A stretch of DNA of 64,000 nt from positions 5,418 to 69,417 of the forward strand of contig CAZXML010000004.1 of assembly GCA_964641245.1 (NCBI GenBank), given 5' to 3'. Below are positions 54,948-63,710 of this stretch, piece by piece; the first letter of the stretch is position 1, and every line of letters starts with the position of its first letter. Under the pieces are notes generated by a model. It ran no database searches, was not told the DNA's origin, and worked only from the letters and a program-made list of their open reading frames with translations. A program made the translations under genes and the position numbers. Origin of the DNA: an uncultured Gammaproteobacteria bacterium (GTDB lineage: Bacteria > Patescibacteriota > Patescibacteriia > Magasanikbacterales > GWA2-37-8).

Positions 54948-57821
54948 ATGTCATTTCTCACTAAAATTTTCGGTGATCCGAACGCCAAAGTAATCCAAAG
55001 CATTCAGCCTATAATTGCCAAAATAAATTCCCTAGAGCCGGAAATGGCCAAATTAAGCATGGCCGATTTGCGCGCCAAAACAGGTGAGTTTAGAACTCGT
55101 TTGGCAAAAAATGAAACCTTGGACGACATTTTGCCCGAGGCTTTTGCCGTCGTCCGCGAAACTTCCAAACGCTTAACCGGTATGCGTCATTTTGATGTGC
55201 AACTAATCGGCGGTGTGGTTTTGCATCGCGGCAGTATTGCCGAAATGGGCACTGGAGAAGGTAAAACTCTGGTGGGAACATTGCCTGTGTACTTAAATGC
55301 TCTGGCCGGCAAGGGTGTGCATGTTGTTACCGTAAACGATTATCTGGCCAAACGCGACGCCGTGTGGATGGGTCAAATTTACGATGCGCTGGGATTAAGC
55401 ATTGGTATTATTCAACAGCAATTAACATCATACAAATACAACGCCAATTCTGTCATTTCGCCCGCCACGTCTGTCATTCCGAGCGAGCGAAGCGACGAGG
55501 AATCTATACCGATGAAAGAAAATAAATCTTTATTAAACGGAATAGATCCCTCGTCGTCTACGGCCTCGCTCGGGATGACAGGTGAGGACCTCTCCGAAGG
55601 CAGCGTCGCCGACAAAGAACGCGACGTTAAAGGAATGTTCAAAGTAGAAGCCGAATATCTGGAACCGTGCGCCCGCCAAGAAGCGTATCGCTGTGATATC
55701 ACTTACGGAACCAACAATGAATTTGGCTTTGATTATTTGCGCGACAACATGGTGCAGAATAAACACGAAATGTCGCAGAGGCCTTTTTATTTTGCGATTG
55801 TGGACGAAGTCGATTCTATTTTAATAGACGAAGCGCGCACTCCGCTTATTATTTCCGCGCCCGCCCAGGAATCTTCCGACAAATATATTAAATTTGCCGC
55901 GCTTGTCCGCCAGTTAAAAGAAAATGAAGATTACAACGTAGACGAAAAAATGCGTTCATCCACTCTTACCGATGTTGGTTTAAATAAAATGGAAAAGTGG
56001 TTGGGGGTAGATAATATTTACGCTGAAGGCGGCATGTCTATGGTTCACCATTTAGAGCAGGCGTTGCGCGCGTACGCGCTATTCAAAAGAGACCGCGATT
56101 ATATTGTGGATAACGGCGAAGTAATAATCGTAGACGAATTTACCGGCCGGAAAATGCCGGGACGTCGTTATAGCGAAGGTTTGCATCAGGCCATAGAAGC
56201 GCAGGAAGGCGTAAAAATTCAACAGGAAAGCCAAACAATGGCTACTATTACGTTTCAAAATTATTTCCGTCTTTACGAAAAACTTTCCGGCATGACCGGA
56301 ACAGCCGTCACCGAAGCGGAAGAATTCGGAAAAATTTATAAATTGGAAGTGGTGGTAATTCCAGCCAACAAAAAAAATCAGCGTCATAATTTACCGGACA
56401 GAATTTACAAAACCGAAGAGATAAAATATAAAGCTATCGCCCAAACCGTAAAAGAACTTCAGGAAAAAGGCCAGCCGGTTTTAATCGGCACCGTGGCCGT
56501 AGACAGAAACGAAGCTCTCTCACTTTATTTGCAAAGAGAGGGGATTGCGCACGAAATTTTAAACGCCAAGAATCACGAACGTGAAGGTGAAATTATTGCT
56601 CAAGCCGGACGCGCCGGAGCGGTCACTTTAGCTACCAATATGGCCGGCCGCGGTGTGGACATTATTTTAGGAGGAAACCCGCCGGATTCTGCCGAAGCCG
56701 AAAAAGTGCGCGCCGCCGGCGGTTTGTTTGTTATCGGTACCGAACGCCACGAAAGCCGTCGCATAGACAATCAGTTGCGCGGTCGGGCCGGCCGTCAGGG
56801 AGATCCGGGTGAATCTCAGTTTTATCTTTCCACCGAAGATGATTTAATGCGTATTTTTGCCGGCGAACGCATCCGTTCGGTAATGGAAACTCTAAAAGTT
56901 CCGGATGATATGCCGATAGAACAAGGAATGATTTCCCGCATTATAGAATCTGCCCAAAAAAAAGTGGAAGGCATTCATTTTGATACCCGCAAACATTTAT
57001 TGGAATATGATGATGTGCTTAATCGCCACCGCGAAGTTATCTACGGTAAACGCCGGGAAATTTTAGACGCGTTTGAAGCGGAGAAAAATAAGACCGTAGC
57101 CGAAGGCGCTAAAACAATGCGCGAAATGATTCTGGAAATGGTGGAGCAGGAAATAGAACAGGTAATTTCTTTTCATACCAACACCGAAGACAGAAAAGAC
57201 TGGAACGTAACCGAAATCATTCAAACCGTCACCACCATATTCCCACTATCCGATGCCGAGAAAAAAACCATCACCGAATTATCCGAAAATAAGCACGAAC
57301 AAAAAATGGAAGATGCGGCCATCAGAACCGGCTTTATTGAATATTTATTAAAACTAGCCAACCAGAAATACGAAACCCTGCTGGAAAAAACCGTGCCTGA
57401 TCCGGAAATGCTGTTAGAAATAGAAAAACAGGTATTACTCCGGGCCATAGATAATTTATGGGTAGAACATTTAGTGGCCGTAGATTATTTACGCACCGGC
57501 ATTGGTTTGCGCGGTTACGGTCAGCACGACCCGCTGGTAGAATACAAAAAAGAAACCTACCGCATGTTCAACGAACTGATGAATCTTATCCAAAAAGAGG
57601 TTGTTTATTTAATTTACAAAGTTAATCTGGGAATTCAATTGGCCCCGTCGGTAATGAACAGCAATGCTTTAAATTTTAGCGGCGCCGCTAAGACGGCTGA
57701 TAGCGAAGAGTATATAGCCAATAGCGGAAAGGAAAAAGATGGCGAAGGAAAAGTTATTGGCCGCAATGACCCGTGTCCGTGTGGTTCTGGAAAGAAATTT
57801 AAGCGCTGCCATGGAGCGTAA
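54948..57821 (+). CDS. secA: Preprotein translocase SecA
   Basis: MGTGEGKT, DEVDSILIDEARTPL, TNMAGRG, QLRGRAGRQGDPG and SEC-C GRNDPCPCGSGKK. Confidence 0.99.
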   Translation: MSFLTKIFGDPNAKVIQSIQPIIAKINSLEPEMAKLSMADLRAKTGEFRTRLAKNETLDDILPEAFAVVRETSKRLTGMRHFDVQLIGGVVLHRGSIAEMGTGEGKTLVGTLPVYLNALAGKGVHVVTVNDYLAKRDAVWMGQIYDALGLSIGIIQQQLTSYKYNANSVISPATSVIPSERSDEESIPMKENKSLLNGIDPSSSTASLGMTGEDLSEGSVADKERDVKGMFKVEAEYLEPCARQEAYRCDITYGTNNEFGFDYLRDNMVQNKHEMSQRPFYFAIVDEVDSILIDEARTPLIISAPAQESSDKYIKFAALVRQLKENEDYNVDEKMRSSTLTDVGLNKMEKWLGVDNIYAEGGMSMVHHLEQALRAYALFKRDRDYIVDNGEVIIVDEFTGRKMPGRRYSEGLHQAIEAQEGVKIQQESQTMATITFQNYFRLYEKLSGMTGTAVTEAEEFGKIYKLEVVVIPANKKNQRHNLPDRIYKTEEIKYKAIAQTVKELQEKGQPVLIGTVAVDRNEALSLYLQREGIAHEILNAKNHEREGEIIAQAGRAGAVTLATNMAGRGVDIILGGNPPDSAEAEKVRAAGGLFVIGTERHESRRIDNQLRGRAGRQGDPGESQFYLSTEDDLMRIFAGERIRSVMETLKVPDDMPIEQGMISRIIESAQKKVEGIHFDTRKHLLEYDDVLNRHREVIYGKRREILDAFEAEKNKTVAEGAKTMREMILEMVEQEIEQVISFHTNTEDRKDWNVTEIIQTVTTIFPLSDAEKKTITELSENKHEQKMEDAAIRTGFIEYLLKLANQKYETLLEKTVPDPEMLLEIEKQVLLRAIDNLWVEHLVAVDYLRTGIGLRGYGQHDPLVEYKKETYRMFNELMNLIQKEVVYLIYKVNLGIQLAPSVMNSNALNFSGAAKTADSEEYIANSGKEKDGEGKVIGRNDPCPCGSGKKFKRCHGA
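55472..55580 (+). repeat. Family A2 element in frame inside secA
   Basis: TGTCATTCCGAGCGAG..CTCGCTCGGGATGACA = VIPSERSDEES..SLGMT (36 aa). Confidence 0.85.
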
Positions 57822-57838
57822 ACAATTCATCCAATCGT

Positions 57839-57875
57839 TCTCTCCCCTTTTAGGGAGAGATAAAGAGAGGTGTAT
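57839..57875 (+). repeat. Family B element after secA
   Basis: TCTCTCCCC-TTTTA-GGGAGAGA-TAA-AGAGAGGTG-TAT. Confidence 0.85.
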
Positions 57876-57922
57876 TACTTGTGCGTTAAGCCGGTAAAAT
57901 AAAACAGAAAGGAGGGAAACCC

Positions 57923-58036
57923 ATGTTGACTATCGTTGTGGCATTGATCGTTGACGCCATTCTTGCGGCGCTGGTTATGCTGGCTTGGCCGGTGACTTTC
58001 CCGCTGTGGGTTCTTTATCTCACAGCTCGGCAGTAG
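57923..58036 (+). CDS. Small hydrophobic protein (37 aa), not in the ORF track
   Basis: AAAGGAGG RBS; MLTIVVALIVDAILAALVMLAWPVTFPLWVLYLTARQ; terminator near 58071-58100. Confidence 0.55.
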   Translation: MLTIVVALIVDAILAALVMLAWPVTFPLWVLYLTARQ

Positions 58037-58145
58037 GCCTGCAAAGTTCTTTGTAAAGGAAAATAATCATGAGAGCGGGTTTAATACCCGCTCTCTTTTT
58101 TATATTGACCAATCAAGTTATTTAGTTTACAATAAGGACGTAAAT

Positions 58146-58220
58146 TCCCAGGTAGCGCAGCGGTAGCGCAGCTCGCTGTTAACGAGTTGGTCGTCGGTTC
58201 GAATCCGACCCTGGGAGCCA
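58146..58220 (+). tRNA. tRNA-Asn (GTT)
   Basis: TCCCAGG/CCTGGGA acceptor stem, CTCG-CTGTTAA-CGAG anticodon arm, GGTTCGAATCC T arm, encoded CCA. Confidence 0.97.
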
Positions 58221-58413
58221 AATGGAATAGGGCGCAATTTCGGCGACCGTTCGCCAGCCCCTTTTCGCTAAGTAATCGAATTTTTTGTCTTTCAACACAA
58301 AGTTCGAGCCGACATTTTTTAGAAATGTACGGATTTCCGCTAAATCGCCTGTCTGGGTGACTTTTGTTATTTGTAATGGAAAATGATATAATTATAGAAA
58401 TAATTTAATAACT

Positions 58414-58893
58414 ATGAAAATAAACAACACTTTCAAACTCGTCATCGCCATATTCGTCTCTGAGTTTGCCGGCATCATCGGTTCGGTGTTTACCATGCCA
58501 TCTATCACTGGCTGGTACGCCGGTATCGTCAAACCAGCCATTAATCCTCCGGCGTGGATATTTGGACCGGTTTGGACGACGCTGTTTGTGTTTATGGGTA
58601 TCGCGGCGTTCCTAGTCTGGAAGAAAGGTTTAGAGCGTCAGGACGTAAAGATTGCCCTTAGCATCTTTGCTGGCCAGCTAGTCTTGAACACACTTTGGTC
58701 AATTATCTTTTTCGGTTTGCACAGTCCGGGTGGTGCATTGATTGAGATTGTTTTTCTCTGGCTCGCTATTCTCGCCACGATCATTGCCTTTGCGAAAATC
58801 TCCAAACCAGCCGCGTGGTTGCTCTTGCCCTACATCCTTTGGGTCAGCTTTGCCGGGTATCTCAACTATTCGCTCTGGATATTAAACTCATGA
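58414..58893 (+). CDS. tspO: TspO/MBR tryptophan-rich sensory protein
   Basis: [23 protein letters not shown] and PYILWVSFA motifs. Confidence 0.93.
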   Translation: MKINNTFKLVIAIFVSEFAGIIGSVFTMPSITGWYAGIVKPAINPPAWIFGPVWTTLFVFMGIAAFLVWKKGLERQDVKIALSIFAGQLVLNTLWSIIFFGLHSPGGALIEIVFLWLAILATIIAFAKISKPAAWLLLPYILWVSFAGYLNYSLWILNS

Positions 58894-58906
58894 GAAAAAA
58901 GATTTT

Positions 58907-59269
58907 ATGGAATTAAACAAACTAACTCCCGAAGAAAAGCGAGTGATAATTGACAAGGGCACGGAGGCGCCGTTTACGGGTGGGTATGTGAACAATACCG
59001 CTCATGGCGTGTATGTTTGTCGGCAGTGCAATGCTCCGCTTTATAATTCCAAAGACAAATTTGAAAGCACTTGTGGTTGGCCGAGCTTTGATGATGAGAT
59101 AGATGGTGCGGTGAAGCGCACTCTTGATGCCGATGGAATCAGAACCGAAATTACCTGCGCTCGCTGTGGCGGACATTTGGGACATATATTTAAAGGCGAA
59201 TATCTGACCGACAAAAACATCCGTCACTGCGTCAATTCCATCTCATTAAAATTTATTGAAGGAAAATAA
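58907..59269 (+). CDS. msrB: Methionine-R-sulfoxide reductase MsrB
   Basis: GTEAPF, CGWPSF, HLGHIF and RHCVNS motifs. Confidence 0.95.
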   Translation: MELNKLTPEEKRVIIDKGTEAPFTGGYVNNTAHGVYVCRQCNAPLYNSKDKFESTCGWPSFDDEIDGAVKRTLDADGIRTEITCARCGGHLGHIFKGEYLTDKNIRHCVNSISLKFIEGK

Positions 59270-59273
59270 TAAT

Positions 59274-59762
59274 ATGTCTAAAAAAATAGTTTTAGCCGGG
59301 GGTTGCTTTTGGGGATTGGAAGATTTGATTAGAAAACAGCCTGGGGCAATAAACACAGAGGTTGGCTATACCGGAGGCGAGGTGCCAAATCCAACTTATG
59401 AAAACCACGAAGGCCATGCCGAAGCGGTTGAGATTGAATATGATGAAAACATAACTTCCTATAAAAAGCTTTTGGATTTTTTCTTTCAAATCCACAATCC
59501 GACTACGTTGAACCAGCAAGGAAATGATGTTGGCACATCTTATCGCTCGGCGATTTTTTATGGAAACGAAGATGAAAGGAAAGAAGCGGAAAATTTTATT
59601 GGCATAGTCAACAAATCCAAACGCTGGCAAGATCGGGTAGTGACTTCTTTGGAGCCTTTGGGGGTATTTTATCCGGCGGAAGATTATCATCAGGATTATT
59701 TACAAAAAAATCCGGGCGGATATACTTGCCACGCCATATATTTTGATAGTTACCTAAAATAA
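59274..59762 (+). CDS. msrA: Methionine-S-sulfoxide reductase MsrA
   Basis: AGGCFWG, GYTGG, HNPT and AEDYHQDY motifs. Confidence 0.96.
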   Translation: MSKKIVLAGGCFWGLEDLIRKQPGAINTEVGYTGGEVPNPTYENHEGHAEAVEIEYDENITSYKKLLDFFFQIHNPTTLNQQGNDVGTSYRSAIFYGNEDERKEAENFIGIVNKSKRWQDRVVTSLEPLGVFYPAEDYHQDYLQKNPGGYTCHAIYFDSYLK

Positions 59763-59778
59763 GTAATTTAATAATCCT

Positions 59779-60369
59779 ATGAAAAAAATTATGTACATAA
59801 TACTTTTGGTCATCGTCGCCATACTTCTCGTGTGGACAGCGATTAGTTATTTTTTAAATCGCTCAATAAAAACACCTGAATATACTGTCGTAGAGAAGAG
59901 TGAAGGGTACGAAATACGTTCGTATAAACCATACCTCACAGCTCAAGTTGAAGTATCCGGTACTTATGATGAAGCAATAAGCCAGGGCTTTCGTATTCTG
60001 GCTGATTATATTTTCGGCAATAACACGAAACAGACCGGTATTGCCATGACTGCGCCAGTAGTTGAAACCGGGGATAATAAAAAAAGAATTATTTCATTTG
60101 TTATGCCATTTGAATATACGCTTGAGACGCTTCCGAAACCAAATAATCCTGAAGTGAAGATTGTCCCGCAAAAGGCAAGAAAAGTAGCGGTACTTAGGTT
60201 TTCGTGGTTTAGAAACGCTCTACGTGTCGCAGGTAAAAAACAAGGATTGTTCAAACTGTTAGAACGAGATTCCATTAAACCGAAAGGATTACCTGAATAT
60301 GCCGGATACAATGCGCCATTTACCGCCCCGTGGCTGAATAGAAACGAAGTGATGATTGAGATTGAATAA
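59779..60369 (+). CDS. SOUL heme-binding protein
   Basis: YEIRSY, GFRILADYIFGNN, IAMTAPV and RNEV motifs. Confidence 0.9.
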   Translation: MKKIMYIILLVIVAILLVWTAISYFLNRSIKTPEYTVVEKSEGYEIRSYKPYLTAQVEVSGTYDEAISQGFRILADYIFGNNTKQTGIAMTAPVVETGDNKKRIISFVMPFEYTLETLPKPNNPEVKIVPQKARKVAVLRFSWFRNALRVAGKKQGLFKLLERDSIKPKGLPEYAGYNAPFTAPWLNRNEVMIEIE

Positions 60370-60432
60370 CAACAAAAAACCGCTCATTCAAGAGGCGGTT
60401 TCTTGTTTGATTTTTATTCAAATAAAAAAAGC

Positions 60433-60639
60433 TTACTGTTTGGCAAGCTTCATGGACATAGCGGCGAGGTAGACTGCGGCAAGGCCAACAAGGGCGTACA
60501 CGACCCTTGAGAGCACGGACATATCACCGAAGATAGTAGCCACAAGGTCAAATTTTAACAAACCGACTAACCCCCAATTTAAACCGCCGACAATTACCAA
60601 AACCAAAGAGATCCAATCTAAAGCATTTAGTTTGTTCAT
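60433..60639 (-). CDS. DUF378 small membrane protein
   Basis: LVIVGGLNWGLVG..DLVATIFG..YALVGLAA. Confidence 0.88.
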   Translation of the reverse strand: MNKLNALDWISLVLVIVGGLNWGLVGLLKFDLVATIFGDMSVLSRVVYALVGLAAVYLAAMSMKLAKQ

Positions 60640-60780
60640 AAATTATATTTATTTATTTAAAATTGCTTAGTTTGCGTTTCGACCTTAACGCATTAACATA
60701 ATTATACCACAAATCGCGTAAAAATGTTATACTTAGTGTAGATCATGACTTCAAAAACTAAATTACAAAAATAAAATCGT

Positions 60781-61236
60781 ATGACAGCGCTATTGATTGA
60801 TACGATCGGACTGTTTCTATTCCTCGCCGGTTTTGTGATCGGCCTTGGAGCTGTAACGGTCATAGATATTCACGGCTTTCTTGGACGAAAGTCATCATAC
60901 TGGACCGAAGCTACGACGCGCACACACAAAGTGACAAAACCCATGATCTGGGCCGGCATTATACTTGCCATTATCGGCGGTTTAATTTTCTACCGAGAGC
61001 AAAGCTTTGCCGGCATTCCACTCATCCATGCGGTGATCGCGCTGACACTTATCTTGAACGGCTATTTTCTGTCTTTCAAAGTCAGTCCTTTTTTATTGAA
61101 GCGCGAGAAAGATGGCCTGTCCGGAGAACTCCTGCCTGCTTCCTGGCAAAAGAAAATCATGGCAGGCCTCATTGTCTCCGACATCGGCTGGTGGGGCGGA
61201 CTACTTCTCTTGGTGGTGTATCTTGTAGGCCGATAA
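60781..61236 (+). CDS. Hypothetical membrane protein (about 4 TM)
   Basis: 151-aa hydrophobic ORF. Confidence 0.7.
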   Translation: MTALLIDTIGLFLFLAGFVIGLGAVTVIDIHGFLGRKSSYWTEATTRTHKVTKPMIWAGIILAIIGGLIFYREQSFAGIPLIHAVIALTLILNGYFLSFKVSPFLLKREKDGLSGELLPASWQKKIMAGLIVSDIGWWGGLLLLVVYLVGR

Positions 61237-61245
61237 CAAATATTT

Positions 61246-61758
61246 ATGAGAAAAAAGACTGTCAAAGTAAATGATAAATTCCAGAAGAATTACAAATACC
61301 AACTTACCGAACCAATGGGACGCAATTTTTATCCGGACTTCAAGCCGGAGCTCACACCAAAACAGATGCTCGCGCTCGGCGTCTTCGGCGGCAAGTACAT
61401 GACCGATTGCAAAAAGGAATTCCCCAAAGACTGGTTTACGCGAGCCAAACTTTCGCCTGAACATCACGACGATACGCTCAACTTTTTCCATAGGCATGCC
61501 AGCCAGCCACTCAAAGTCTGGCAGGAAAAAGGCTGGATCAACGAAGAACATGACCCTCGCGGCTGGTTCCAGTGGTATTGCCGCTACTATATAGGCAGAC
61601 GGCTCCCGGGCGAAGACGAACGGCAGATCAAGCGTTGGAAAGCCATTCGCCGGCATATATCGCAGATCAAGAAGAATTGCCGGCCAAAAGATTTAACTTG
61701 CCGGCCGACGCAAAGGCAGGCGGTCCTGCACTGGGCATATGACAGCCGGAAGATATGA
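61246..61758 (+). CDS. Conserved-looking hypothetical protein
   Basis: LTPKQML.LGVFGGKY, DPRGWFQWYCRYY.GRR and RQ..LHWAYD; W/R-rich; function not recognised. Confidence 0.75.
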   Translation: MRKKTVKVNDKFQKNYKYQLTEPMGRNFYPDFKPELTPKQMLALGVFGGKYMTDCKKEFPKDWFTRAKLSPEHHDDTLNFFHRHASQPLKVWQEKGWINEEHDPRGWFQWYCRYYIGRRLPGEDERQIKRWKAIRRHISQIKKNCRPKDLTCRPTQRQAVLHWAYDSRKI

Positions 61759-61998
61759 AGAATGTGAGTGTGTAACGGGGGCGGGCAACTGGTTATTTTT
61801 TGGTGCCGGGATCTTTCTATTTGCCGTATATATCCTTAATTTTTAATATATTAGTTCGAACGTCGTCCGTGACCCCGAGCAAAAATTTTTATAGAAAAAT
61901 TGCCTAAAATAAGGTAATTTTTTTTATTGTTCCTTGTTGGTTTTTGTGGTATAATTAATTTATGGTCGATACACTTAATTTATTTAATTTATAAAAAT

Positions 61999-62667
61999 AT
62001 GAAAAACATCAAAAATAGCACATTGTTTGTGGCGTCCTTAGTAATGGCGTTCACATTTTTTTCTTCAGCCGCCTTTGCCAAGGCAGAAAACATTAATCAA
62101 GCCGATGTCAACGACAGTCAGGCTAGTGTCAATGCCAACCAAGCCAATATTAACGCAAATCAGGCAAAAATAAATGCTACTCAAGCTAAGGTTAACGAAG
62201 ATCAAGCCGATGTGAATGAGAAGCAGGGGAAAAGCAATGAGCTTAGCGGTGAGGAACACCGCAGCGGCGTGGCAACATTTGTTCAGAGTCTTTTAAATGT
62301 GGCCGACAGGGAACGGGGAGGAATCGGCGACCAGGTCAGAGAAATTGCTAACGCTCAGAATGACAGCAAGGAAGCTATAGCTGATGCAATTGATGCAGTT
62401 AAAAACAGAAGCGGCCTTAAAACATTTTTTATCGGGACTGATTATAAAAATATCGGTCAATTACGAAGCGAGATGGTAAAAACTGAGAATCAAATTAAAC
62501 AGCTAACTGAATTGTTGGGCCAAATGACAGTCGCCGAAGATAAAACAAGTCTTCAGGCGCAAATTCAATCCTTAGAACAAGGACAGCAGAAAATTAATGA
62601 TTTTGTAAAAGTAAACGAAGATAAATTTAGTCTTTTTGGATGGTTTGTGAAGTTGTTCAATAAATAA
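61999..62667 (+). CDS. Secreted coiled-coil hypothetical protein
   Basis: Signal peptide; NQADVND-type heptad repeats at 62095-62220; ends FSLFGWFVKLF. Confidence 0.7.
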   Translation: MKNIKNSTLFVASLVMAFTFFSSAAFAKAENINQADVNDSQASVNANQANINANQAKINATQAKVNEDQADVNEKQGKSNELSGEEHRSGVATFVQSLLNVADRERGGIGDQVREIANAQNDSKEAIADAIDAVKNRSGLKTFFIGTDYKNIGQLRSEMVKTENQIKQLTELLGQMTVAEDKTSLQAQIQSLEQGQQKINDFVKVNEDKFSLFGWFVKLFNK

Positions 62668-62838
62668 AGCAAAAAGTAAATCTAAGATAAACGGAGAACA
62701 ATTGGTTCTCCGTTTATTTTTAATTCGGAAAGATTTGTAGATGGCATTTTTTTAAAAATTAAAAAGGCCCCGGCGAATGCGGGGCCTGTAGGCGGGGCGG
62801 GCGGGAAAGAGCGGGGGTGTGGCGGGGTGAGCTGTGAC

Positions 62839-63429
62839 TTACTGGCCGCAGCCCGGGTGGACGACGTGGATGGTCTGCGTCACCGAGAACAGCAGATTCG
62901 CGGTGGCGTTGTTGCCCTTGACCGTACCGGTGAGAGTCACCGTATGGTCGCCGGCGCCGAGATCGGCTCCGACGGGATCCATCAGCGCGGCAGCGAGAGC
63001 GGAACCGTCCGCGCCGCCGTTGTCGTTGCCGGCGAACCAATCCGTGTTGAGGATCGTCCGCGCGTCGCCATCCGTGAGCAACGAGGTGTTTCCGTTCGAA
63101 CCGGCATTGGTCGTGTAGGCGAAGTCGATCGGGTAGACGACGGTTGAAGTAGCCGGAATGGCAACTGTGCCGTCGACTGACACCGCCAAATTCACCACGC
63201 GGCTCACCATGACCGGAAGTCCGGTCGTAGGATCGGTGCCGGGCTCCTCGAGCGAGAACGAGTACTTCCTCGGCCAGTTGGCCTTGCTCACAGCGGACTC
63301 GCCGGCGATGAGCGCCGAAATGTCCACATGAGCCGTCTCGCCGTCGCTGGTTTCACTCACCATCTCCCAGGCCGTGAATGGCCCGACAGTGGCAGTGTCC
63401 GGGTTCGGCGCGACTGCGTAGGTGTTCTG
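62839..63429 (-). pseudogene. High-GC, probably 5'-truncated gene fragment
   Basis: Frame stays open upstream of ATG 63363 to 63429, then stops where GC drops; about 65% GC against about 40% background. Confidence 0.55.
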
Positions 63430-63582
63430 TCAAGGCTTGGCCTGTATAAAAACACATTGCAAAAAGCTTTGTTTAGTGATATAGTTAAATTTACAGTCGA
63501 ACTCATTTCGCTTATATGAGCTTCGTCTCATATATTTTCATTCATTCGTCCCGACTTAGTTGGGATATAATCTATTTATCGT

Positions 63583-63705
63583 ATGGCAAAAAGACCCACA
63601 GGCTACATAAAAAGAACAAAGTCAAAGCATTCTCCAAAAACAAAAAAGCGTTTGGAAGTAAAAAGACAAATGCTTGCCAAAAAAGCTTCTAAAAAAAGAC
63701 GTTAG
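63583..63705 (+). CDS. Small highly basic protein (40 aa), not in the ORF track
   Basis: MAKRPTGYIKRTKSKHSPKTKKRLEVKRQMLAKKASKKRR; TATAAT just upstream. Confidence 0.55.
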   Translation: MAKRPTGYIKRTKSKHSPKTKKRLEVKRQMLAKKASKKRR

Positions 63706-63710
63706 TAAGC

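Noticed and set aside
55441-55660. Intein or intron in secA
   Set aside because: The insert is short, lacks the intein C-terminal HN motif and intron core structure, and is explained by a palindromic repeat within a loop.
58146-63432. Integrative element at tRNA-Asn with an att duplication
   Set aside because: No repeat of the tRNA 3' end and no recombinase found by eye; TGGTGCCGGG (61801) and GTGACCCCGAG (about 61869) are too short to call as tRNA remnants.
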